DNA of 64,000 nt, taken from the NCBI GenBank assembly GCA_013812505.1, contig JACCTH010000033.1, positions 20,853 through 84,852 of the forward strand. Direction: 5' to 3'. Shown piece after piece: positions 57,258-64,000 of this stretch. How positions within the stretch are numbered: position 1 is the first letter of the stretch; each line of letters opens with the position of its first letter. This stretch comes from Acidimicrobiia bacterium. GTDB taxonomy: Bacteria > Actinomycetota > Acidimicrobiia > Spongiisociales > ZC4RG35. A model generated the notes under the pieces. That model worked only from the letters and a program-made list of their open reading frames with translations, was not told the DNA's origin and searched no databases. A program made the translations under genes and the position numbers.

Positions 57258-58751
57258 GTGGAATTTCTTCGGGCCGCGATCCTGGCTCTGTTGCTTGTGT
57301 TGCCGCCTGGCGGAACTTTCTACGACGACGATCGACTGACCGGCGAACCTGCCATCGAGGCGCTGGTCGCGGCGGATATCACCCAGGGATGCGGGACGAA
57401 CAGCTTTTGCCCACACGCGGTTGTCACTCGTGGGCAGATGGTGACGTTTCTCGGTCGCGCCCTGGAAGAATCGCCTTCGGTCCTGGCGGGGCCATTTCCA
57501 GATCTCAGCAATGACCTTTACTACGCGGGTTTCGCGGTCCGACTGCACGAGATGGGAATCGTCGAAGGCCGGGAAGACGGGACCTTCGGAGGCGAGAGCC
57601 CGGTAAGCCGCGGGGAGATGGCGGTCTTCCTGACCCGCGCCTTGAGCCTTGCTCCCGGATCCGACGCTCCGTTCAGCGATGTCGATCCGTCGCTCTTCTA
57701 TAACGAATCGGTCGATGCGATCCGAACCGCCGGAATCACCATCGGCTGCGGCGACAACCGCTTCTGCCCCAGCCAGTCGGTGACCCGTCACGACATGGCG
57801 CTCTTCCTAACGCGGGCATTTCACCTCGAGCTTTCCGTGGTTCCGGTTCGTCTAAGCCCGCTCGACGGTTTGCCGGCTTCCGATGGGTTCTCGGTCAACC
57901 GCCGGATCATCGCCGTCAAGATCGACAACGCCGCCCCGGCGCGTCCCCAATCCGGGATCGAGAAGGCCGATGCGATGATCGAGCTGATGGTTGAGGGCGG
58001 CCTGTCGCGGATGATGGCGCTGTTCCTCGAATCCGATGCCACCTATCTCGGCCCGGTCCGCTCGGTTCGGCCTACTGACGCCCTGGTCGAGTCGCTTGGG
58101 GCCACCGTCGCCATCTCGGGAGCCCAACCCTGGATCGCCGACCAACTCGAAGCGGATGGGGTTCCCATCATTCGCGAGTCGCAGGTGGCGCCGCCGGCGA
58201 TGTTTCGTATCTCGAGCCGGGTGGCTCCCCACAATCTCTACGCCAACACCGTTGCGCTCAGGGCCGAGGCGGACCTGGGCGGCTACGCCAACGCTCCGCC
58301 ACCTGATCTTTTCCTCTGGGGCGACTTCGCCTATCCGGCCGCCGCCGCCGCCACCTGGATCGATGTGTCATGGTCAGATCCGGTGTCGACGATCTGGCAT
58401 TGGGACGGCGCCCGGTATCTGCGCTCGTCCAACACGACTCCTCACTACTGGGTCGACCAGAATGGCTCTTTGGGCAGGGTCGCCGCTGACAACCTGGTGG
58501 TGATCTTCGGCCAGTACTACGAGGTTGCGGCGCCACCCGGCTTCGGCGGTTCCATCGTCCCGGCGATGAACACGATTGGCTCGGGCCGCATGGTCCTTTT
58601 CACCGAAGGCCGGGTGATCGACGGAACCTGGTCGCGACCAGACAATGAAACCTGGTTCACCTTCTCGACCCCCGCCGGGGAGCTGATCGTCCCTCCCGGT
58701 CTCACCTGGATCCACGTCATTCCTCACGACCGGCCCCTCACCTGGGGATAA
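57258..58751 (+). CDS. secreted SLH-domain (x3) protein fused to a DUF3048 domain
   Basis: Three SLH-like repeats collinear with those of 13929..15551. Then VKIDNAAPARPQSGIEKADAMIELMVEGGLSRMMALF, typical of DUF3048. Confidence 0.75.
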   Translation: MEFLRAAILALLLVLPPGGTFYDDDRLTGEPAIEALVAADITQGCGTNSFCPHAVVTRGQMVTFLGRALEESPSVLAGPFPDLSNDLYYAGFAVRLHEMGIVEGREDGTFGGESPVSRGEMAVFLTRALSLAPGSDAPFSDVDPSLFYNESVDAIRTAGITIGCGDNRFCPSQSVTRHDMALFLTRAFHLELSVVPVRLSPLDGLPASDGFSVNRRIIAVKIDNAAPARPQSGIEKADAMIELMVEGGLSRMMALFLESDATYLGPVRSVRPTDALVESLGATVAISGAQPWIADQLEADGVPIIRESQVAPPAMFRISSRVAPHNLYANTVALRAEADLGGYANAPPPDLFLWGDFAYPAAAAATWIDVSWSDPVSTIWHWDGARYLRSSNTTPHYWVDQNGSLGRVAADNLVVIFGQYYEVAAPPGFGGSIVPAMNTIGSGRMVLFTEGRVIDGTWSRPDNETWFTFSTPAGELIVPPGLTWIHVIPHDRPLTWG

Positions 58752-58768
58752 GAACTTCGTTTTTATCA

Positions 58769-58799
58769 CTCAAGCAGGGCGTAAAACGCCCTGCTTGAG
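58769..58799. terminator. perfect 13-bp stem hairpin between convergent genes
   Basis: CTCAAGCAGGGCG-taaaa-CGCCCTGCTTGAG, with a T-run just upstream on the plus strand. Confidence 0.65.
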
Positions 58800-58815
58800 G
58801 ACAGAGAACGGCCGG

Positions 58816-59124
58816 CTAGCCGAGCGAGCGGCGGAGTCGCTTCAAACGGTCGGTCCATTGGGCGTCGACCCGAGCGGCCCATGCAGTCATGTCAGCCAGC
58901 GCGGCCGGGACTGCCGAGTAATTGACCTCGCGGCCAACTGTGCTCCGGGTGACCAGGCCGGCCTCGTCGAGGACCGTTAGGTGCTTTTGAATCGCCTGTC
59001 GGCTGATCGGCAGGCTGGCAGCGAGCTTGGTCGCCGAAGCCGGTCCCTCGCTGCTGAGCCGTTCGAAAACCTCCCGCCGAGTCGGGTCGGCGAGGGCGGT
59101 GAACAACGTTTGTGGGCTTTTCAT
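58816..59124 (-). CDS. ArsR-family transcriptional regulator
   Basis: [24 protein letters not shown]...ISRQAIQKHLTVLDEAGLV. ATG 59124 lies within ORF 58816..59259 and overlaps the upstream SRPBCC gene by 4 bp. Confidence 0.85.
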   Translation of the reverse strand: MKSPQTLFTALADPTRREVFERLSSEGPASATKLAASLPISRQAIQKHLTVLDEAGLVTRSTVGREVNYSAVPAALADMTAWAARVDAQWTDRLKRLRRSLG

Positions 59125-59462
59125 GCGGCACCCACGATCGGGGGCGAACCGGTGATTCGGTACTCGAGGAGTCGCTCGGTCACCGTGACCCTGGATCCGG
59201 TGTCGGTGGGTTCGATTGTGATCGTGACCTGCGACGGCTCGCCCACTGGCTTCCGCCATGACCAGGTGATGGAGCGCTCGGGCACGACCTCTTCGACTGT
59301 GCCGATAACGTCATCGTTCGGAACGATGACCTGTCCGCCTGGCCGCGGCTCGACCATTACTCCCATCCATTCCTCGGCGAGAGCGCCGTCGGTTATCTGC
59401 TTCCAGACCTCGGCAGCTCCCGCCTCGACCTCGATGCTGCGTTCGATCTCCGGTTGATCCAC
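59121..59462 (-). CDS. SRPBCC (AHSA1-like) domain protein
   Basis: [34 protein letters not shown].. The start is GTG 59462 or TTG 59471 within ORF 59121..59588. Confidence 0.65.
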   Translation of the reverse strand: MDQPEIERSIEVEAGAAEVWKQITDGALAEEWMGVMVEPRPGGQVIVPNDDVIGTVEEVVPERSITWSWRKPVGEPSQVTITIEPTDTGSRVTVTERLLEYRITGSPPIVGAA

Positions 59463-59490
59463 TATCTGCAACTTAGCAGTTGCAGATAGT
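59461..59490. promoter_or_regulatory. 30-bp perfect palindrome ACTATCTGCAACT-tagc-AGTTGCAGATAGT, candidate ArsR operator
   Basis: 13-bp perfect arms. It overlaps the SRPBCC start codon and lies in the divergent gap to clpP. Confidence 0.55.
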
Positions 59491-59498
59491 GCTAGCGT

Positions 59499-59518
59499 GT
59501 GCAACCAGCGAGTTGCAC
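59499..59518. promoter_or_regulatory. inverted repeat GTGCAAC-n6-GTTGCAC, second candidate operator
   Basis: Shares the TGCAAC/GTTGCA half-sites with the adjacent palindrome. Lies 15 bp upstream of the clpP start. Confidence 0.5.
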
Positions 59519-59532
59519 TCAAAGGAGATCCA

Positions 59533-60138
59533 GTGTTGATCCCAACGGTTATCGAACAGACGGCTCGGGGCGAGCGGGCTTTCGACATCTACTCACGGCT
59601 GCTGGGTCACCGCGTGGTGTTTCTCGGACGCCCGGTCGATGACGAGCTCGCCAATCTCATAGTGGCCCAACTCCTTCACCTCGAATCAGAGAATCCGGAG
59701 AAGCCGATCGCGCTCTACATCAACTCGCCCGGCGGCTCCGCCGACGCCATGTTCGCCATCTACGACGCCATCCAACATGTAGGCCCGCCAGTCGAGACGA
59801 CCTGCATCGGGATGGCCGCATCGGCCGCGGCCGTGATCTTGGCCAGCGGAGTGGCGGGGTCCCGGGGGATACTCCCGCACGGCCGGGTCATGATCCATCA
59901 GCCGCACGTCGGGGCGATCGGAGGCCAGGCCAGTGACATCGAGATCCATGCCGCCGAGATCCTCCGTCAGCGCGAGCTCGCCAATCAACTGCTCGCGCAG
60001 CACACGGGTCAGCCCGTCGAGCGGATCCGAACCGACACCGACCGTGATCGATGGATGACCGCCGATCAGGCCGTCGAGTATGGGCTGGTTGATCGGATTC
60101 TCTCCCCGGCCACGGTCCCGGTCGGCCTCGCAACCTAG
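59533..60138 (+). CDS. clpP: ATP-dependent Clp protease proteolytic subunit (stand-alone copy)
   Basis: [38 protein letters not shown] (Ser), MIHQP (His) and DTDRD (Asp). GTG 59533 is preceded by AAAGGAG. Confidence 0.9.
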   Translation: MLIPTVIEQTARGERAFDIYSRLLGHRVVFLGRPVDDELANLIVAQLLHLESENPEKPIALYINSPGGSADAMFAIYDAIQHVGPPVETTCIGMAASAAAVILASGVAGSRGILPHGRVMIHQPHVGAIGGQASDIEIHAAEILRQRELANQLLAQHTGQPVERIRTDTDRDRWMTADQAVEYGLVDRILSPATVPVGLAT

Positions 60139-60165
60139 GTCCCGCAGCGCAATACTGGCCGCGCC

Positions 60166-60768
60166 ATGGTTGTCGACAGCCAACGCTCCCACCTGCTCGA
60201 AGACGCCCCCGACTCGCCCGAGGCCGAGGAACTTTTCGCCGGCGACCTTGCTGACTACGGCTTCGTGATGAATCTCTCCCGGCTTTGGGCTCACGAGCCT
60301 GCCGCCAAGACCGGCCTCTTTGACGTCGTCGCAACGGTGACGCGCGCCGGTCAATTCTCCATTCGCCAACGCGGGATCCTGGTGACCGCGACCGCGGCCA
60401 CTCTCGGTGACTCATATTGCTCAATCGCCTGGGGCAAGAAACTCGCGGCCGAAGCGGACCCTGAGATCGCCGCGGGTGTCCTTCTCGCCAAGGATCAGGA
60501 CCTCACCGAGAGCGAGCAAGTCATGGCGCGTTGGGCTCGCAAGGTCACGCGCGATCCCAACAGCACCAATCGATCTGACGTCGACGCGCTCCGCGCCGCA
60601 GGGTTCAGCGACCGCCAGATCTTTGCGATGACCGTCTACATCTCGCTTCGGATTGCCTTCTCGACGGTCAATGATGCGCTGGGCGCTCTCCCGGACAGCG
60701 AGTATCGAGCCAACGCCCCAAGCGAGGTGCTCGACGCCGTCACCTGGGGCCGCCCCATCGACACCTAA
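60166..60768 (+). CDS. carboxymuconolactone decarboxylase (AhpD-like) family protein
   Basis: 200 aa, helical. ..ATLGDSYCSIAWGKKL.. resembles the AhpD/CMD core. Moderate confidence. Confidence 0.5.
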   Translation: MVVDSQRSHLLEDAPDSPEAEELFAGDLADYGFVMNLSRLWAHEPAAKTGLFDVVATVTRAGQFSIRQRGILVTATAATLGDSYCSIAWGKKLAAEADPEIAAGVLLAKDQDLTESEQVMARWARKVTRDPNSTNRSDVDALRAAGFSDRQIFAMTVYISLRIAFSTVNDALGALPDSEYRANAPSEVLDAVTWGRPIDT

Positions 60769-60852
60769 ACCATTCCTGCGTAAAAACCTCCGGACCAATT
60801 TGATCAATTTGGGGAGCGCAGATTTACGCAAGAAAGGGTTCTTGGTCCAAGG

Positions 60853-61086
60853 CTAGAGCGCCGAGCGCGAGCCAGTGAGCATCGCCGCGACGAAACTCGT
60901 TGCGCCTCCCAACGTCATCGAGGGCCCGGCAATCGACGCCGGGGATATCGCCCACGTCACGCCACCAATTACGGTCATGGTGGCCATCGCCACGAGGAGT
61001 GTGCGCTGGTCCCTGCGGAATCGAGCCAGCAGCAGACCGACGACCAGTCCGTAGAGCACTGCCACCGTCCATAAGAGGGCATCCAT
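60853..61086 (-). CDS. hypothetical small membrane protein
   Basis: 77 aa with two or three hydrophobic segments. Tightly packed 2 bp after the deaminase gene. Confidence 0.45.
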   Translation of the reverse strand: MDALLWTVAVLYGLVVGLLLARFRRDQRTLLVAMATMTVIGGVTWAISPASIAGPSMTLGGATSFVAAMLTGSRSAL

Positions 61087-61088
61087 CG

Positions 61089-61526
61089 CTATTCGCCGAT
61101 GTCCTCGAACCAGAGTTCGGGTTGCGCGTTGATGAAATCGGCCATCATCGTTACGCAGTCGAGGCGGTCAAGCACCATCAGGTCGACCCCGCGCGATCGC
61201 AGATACGACTCGGGGCCTTTGAAGGTGTGGTTTTCCCCTATCACGATCGTGGGAATCGCGTAGAGCAAAGCCGTGCCCGAGCACATATCGCACGGAGAAA
61301 GGGTGGAGTAGAGGGTCGACCGCCGGTAGCTCGAGGCGGTCAGCCGGCCGGCGTTGTCGATGGCGTCCATCTCAGCGTGAAGGATTGGGCTGCCTTTCTG
61401 CACTCGGCGGTTGTGCCCCCGCCCAACAACCTCCCCGTCGACCACAAGGACGGATCCGATCGGGATCCCACCCTCGGCCAAGCCGATTTTGGCCTCTTCG
61501 ACCGCCGCATCCATGAAGTCGACCAC
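61089..61526 (-). CDS. CMP/dCMP-type zinc nucleoside/nucleobase deaminase
   Basis: HAEMDAI and PCDMC zinc-binding motifs. 145 aa. Confidence 0.8.
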   Translation of the reverse strand: MVDFMDAAVEEAKIGLAEGGIPIGSVLVVDGEVVGRGHNRRVQKGSPILHAEMDAIDNAGRLTASSYRRSTLYSTLSPCDMCSGTALLYAIPTIVIGENHTFKGPESYLRSRGVDLMVLDRLDCVTMMADFINAQPELWFEDIGE

Positions 61527-61612
61527 GGCCGCACCTTAGGTTTGCACTAGAGGTCGAGGTCGGAGCCAGAGGTGGAAACTGGCGTCATGGAGCCCTGAGG
61601 TAGCGTGTCAGC

Positions 61613-62410
61613 GTGACTATGCGCCGCTTTCTACTTATCACCTCTCTGGCCCTCGTGCTCTCGGCGTGTGAGGTCCGCACTCATCTACGCGTCGACGCCA
61701 ACGACCTTTCTAACGGCACGATCACCGCCGTCGTTGGATTCGACGAGGAGTTTCGCAATCTGATGGCGGAGTCAGGGGGACAGGGAGACATCCTGGCTGA
61801 GCTCGAATCGTCTGCCGAAGCCGAAGGGTGGGAAGCGGAGCCCTTTGTCGACGGTGATATCGAGGGGTACCAAATCTCGCGCGGGTTCTCTTCGATCGAG
61901 GAGCTACAAGAGCTGATGTCATCGAGCATGCTCAGCGAAGAGTGGGGCTACACCGACATCAGCTTTACGGAGGATGAGGGCGACTTTGTTTTCGAAGCGA
62001 GCGGCGGGAACCCGATGAGCGAGCTGTCGGGCGAAGCAGGTTTTGAGGGCATGGAGGACCTGCTCACGATCGACTTCCAAATCGCCGTCACCTTTCCTGG
62101 CCCGGTGCAGGAGCACAACGGCGACCTCGAGGCCCGAACGGTGACTTGGGACCTCGACAACCTCGAGACCGGTACGGGCACCCTCTTTGGCCGCTCCTCG
62201 GTCGGCGGCGGGTTTCCTTGGGCGATCATTGGCGGCGTCGTGCTTGCCCTGCTCGTCGCGGGCGCGGTGGTTTGGCGATTACGAGAGTCGAAACCCAAGC
62301 CGACGGAGATCGTCGTTCCGGTGGTGGTGGGTCCGACCGCCGGCGAGAACCACATGGCGGGCGAGATTCAGCCGGCCAGCGAGGATCAGCCGGTCAAGGA
62401 ATCCACGTAG
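61613..62410 (+). CDS. hypothetical acidic lipoprotein with C-terminal TM helix
   Basis: Lipobox LALVLSAC, a Glu/Asp-rich body, and the late TM segment FPWAIIGGVVLALLVAGAVVW. Confidence 0.55.
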   Translation: MTMRRFLLITSLALVLSACEVRTHLRVDANDLSNGTITAVVGFDEEFRNLMAESGGQGDILAELESSAEAEGWEAEPFVDGDIEGYQISRGFSSIEELQELMSSSMLSEEWGYTDISFTEDEGDFVFEASGGNPMSELSGEAGFEGMEDLLTIDFQIAVTFPGPVQEHNGDLEARTVTWDLDNLETGTGTLFGRSSVGGGFPWAIIGGVVLALLVAGAVVWRLRESKPKPTEIVVPVVVGPTAGENHMAGEIQPASEDQPVKEST

Positions 62411-62643
62411 CACCAACGCCAGGTCTCACCTGGCTCAAAACTTCGAATCACGGGGTGGCCTGTGTTCTGAAAGTGAGCCGTGGCGTGTTTCCCTGGCGAC
62501 GAATTGCAACATCCGACGTGTCCGCAGGTAAGACACAGCCGCAGGGTCACCCACCGGCCTCCTTCCGCCAGGCACTCCTGGCACCCGTCCGGAGTGGTGG
62601 GTTCAACAGGAAGATTCGAGGGTTCGAGGTGCTCGCAGCTCAT
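62386..62643 (-). CDS. UBP-type zinc-finger protein
   Basis: CQECLAEGGRWVTLRLCLTCGHVGCC..SPGKHATAHF..TGHP shows the Cys/His pattern of the Znf-UBP domain. Confidence 0.65.
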   Translation of the reverse strand: MSCEHLEPSNLPVEPTTPDGCQECLAEGGRWVTLRLCLTCGHVGCCNSSPGKHATAHFQNTGHPVIRSFEPGETWRWCYVDSLTG

Positions 62644-63020
62644 CGTTCCGCCTCAGCCTCGATCTCGACCTTCCAGCGGGGGTCGAGGAGCGCTTTGATG
62701 ACAACCATCGTTGATGCGGGCCGGATCTCTGAGAAGACTTCGCCGTGGGCGCGACCAGCCTCTTCGGAGTCGGCGCGGTCGACCAGGAACATCCGGGTCC
62801 GGATTATGTCTTCGGCTTTGAAACCGCCAGCCGCCAAGGCAGTGAGAATGATCTCGAGACAGCGTTTCGTTTGAAGGTAGGCGTCGTCAGGGCAGCTTCC
62901 ATCTGGCCAGATGGGGGCGGTCCCCGCAACAACGACTCGATTGCCAACCCGCAAAGCCCGCGAGAAACCCACGCTGGATTCAAAGGGCGATCCCGAGGAA
63001 ATTCGTTCACGATCACTCAT
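62640..63020 (-). CDS. RidA/YjgF-family protein
   Basis: ATG 63020 lies within ORF 62640..63122. ..FSRALRVGNRVVVAGT... and ..ASTMVVIKALLDPRWKVEIEAEA.. fit the RidA fold pattern. Confidence 0.6.
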   Translation of the reverse strand: MSDRERISSGSPFESSVGFSRALRVGNRVVVAGTAPIWPDGSCPDDAYLQTKRCLEIILTALAAGGFKAEDIIRTRMFLVDRADSEEAGRAHGEVFSEIRPASTMVVIKALLDPRWKVEIEAEAER

Positions 63021-63116
63021 CTGGACGCCCATTGTGGCGGGTAGCTCGGGGTTCGAGAAAATCTGTTCAATTGATACTTGACCGATCACAGGGATGTAAT
63101 TACAGTCGTGTATTCG

Positions 63117-63164
63117 CCCCAATAGGTTGTGGTCAGGTGGAGGGGTACCACAACATATTGTGGT
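63117..63164. promoter_or_regulatory. pair of NrdR-box-like palindromes upstream of nrdJ
   Basis: CCACAACATATTGTGG (63148-63163, embedded in the 18-bp palindrome ACCACAACATATTGTGGT) and CCCCAATAGGTTGTGG (63117-63132). Their starts are 31 bp apart. Both resemble the NrdR consensus acaCwAtATaTwGtgt. Confidence 0.6.
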
Positions 63165-63246
63165 TTTGAGGTTCTAGACGCCAGGGTTTCCCGTTCAAAC
63201 TTTGTCTTTGGTCGGGATACCCGTGACCGCTCGAAGGGAGAGCCAG

Positions 63247-64000
63247 ATGAGCAACGGACATGGATTGCGGATCCCGCGACGCTTCACCGTGGAGGGGCAC
63301 GACCCCTACGAAGGTATCGATTGGGTGAGGCGGGACTCGAGGATCACCAACCCCGACGGCTCGATCGTCTTTGAGGTGAAGGACGCTGAAGTTCCGTCGA
63401 CCTGGTCGCAGGTGGCCACCGACATTGTTGTGTCCAAGTACTTCCGCAAGGCCGGGGTTCCGCAACTCGACCCCGACGGCAACAACATCCTCGGCTCTGA
63501 GACCTCGGCCCGCCAGGTTTTCGATCGGCTGGCCACAACCTGGCGCTGGTGGGGAGAGCAGCACGGCTACTTCGCCTCTGCTTCTGACGCGCAAGCCTTT
63601 GAGGACGAGATGAAGTTCATGCTCGCCAACCAGATCGCCTCCCCTAACTCACCGCAGTGGTTCAACACCGGTCTCGCACATTCCTACGGGATCACCGGCA
63701 CGCCACAAGGGTTCTGGTTCGTCGATCCCGAAACCGGCGAAATGACTTCCTCGCCCGATGCCTACACCCACCCTGCACCTCACGCTTGTTTTATCTCCTC
63801 AGTCTCCGATGATCTCGTCAACCCCGGTGGGATCATGGATCTCTGGGTGCGCGAGGCGCGGCTGTTCAAGATGGGGAGCGGTACGGGATCCAACTTCTCC
63901 AAGATCCGCGCCGAAAACGAGATGCTCTCAGGCGGCGGCAAGTCCTCGGGCGTAATGGGCTTCCTGCGCATCGGCGATCGCGCTGCGGGCGCAATTAAGT
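63247..64000 (+). CDS. nrdJ: adenosylcobalamin-dependent (class II) ribonucleotide reductase, N-terminal part (runs off the right edge)
   Basis: The frame is open from ATG 63247 to the window end. MSNGHGLRIPRRFTVEGHDPYEGIDWVRRDSRITNPDGSIVFEVKDAEVPSTWSQVATDIVVSKYFRK.. is the typical NrdJ N-terminus. Confidence 0.8.
   Translation, partial: MSNGHGLRIPRRFTVEGHDPYEGIDWVRRDSRITNPDGSIVFEVKDAEVPSTWSQVATDIVVSKYFRKAGVPQLDPDGNNILGSETSARQVFDRLATTWRWWGEQHGYFASASDAQAFEDEMKFMLANQIASPNSPQWFNTGLAHSYGITGTPQGFWFVDPETGEMTSSPDAYTHPAPHACFISSVSDDLVNPGGIMDLWVREARLFKMGSGTGSNFSKIRAENEMLSGGGKSSGVMGFLRIGDRAAGAIK

Noticed and set aside
63021-63246. A cobalamin riboswitch upstream of nrdJ.
   Set aside because: The leader is short and lacks a B12-box-like element. 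NrdR-box-like palindromes explain the conserved-looking sequence better.

Overview
This is a gene-dense, high-GC chromosomal segment with many GTG/TTG starts. It is most consistent with an Actinomycetota genome. The evidence is an LLM-class (F420-type) oxidoreductase next to a deazaflavin-type nitroreductase, an LCP ligase, SLH-anchored exoenzymes, and nrdJ preceded by NrdR boxes; a finer placement (perhaps Acidimicrobiia-like) is inference only. I call about 63 protein-coding loci. I see no rRNA, tRNA, CRISPR array, transposase or integrase.

Most content is housekeeping or metabolic:
- a BMP-family ABC importer (7111-11925)
- tandem S41 proteases and msrA
- glycogen genes glgX/glgC/glgB and a treS-like gene
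- an ABC-2 exporter next to an LCP ligase
- a five-gene peptide ABC importer (51685-57200)
- citrate synthase, an orphan clpP, and the 5' part of nrdJ

Three patches look accessory:
- a VapBC pair plus a wHTH-nucleotidyltransferase/HEPN-like pair (12205-13927)
- a class-II Fic gene translationally coupled to a CocE/NonD hydrolase (42990-46210)
- a Ser/Thr-kinase cassette bracketed by direct repeats of the maf 3' end (4471-6593), lying next to a truncated vapB relic

Four genes are broken by single-base frameshifts (five firm shifts plus one possible), mostly in short homopolymers. Sequence quality must be checked before calling them true pseudogenes.

I did not find a clear-cut novel multi-gene system such as a defence island. 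The most unusual signals are structural:
- the maf-tail repeats
- a 33-bp inverted-repeat pair 9.5 kb apart
- long palindromic intergenic elements
- related operator-like palindromes in front of two ArsR/SRPBCC modules, one abutting the orphan clpP
- an MBL-fold/Rieske fusion
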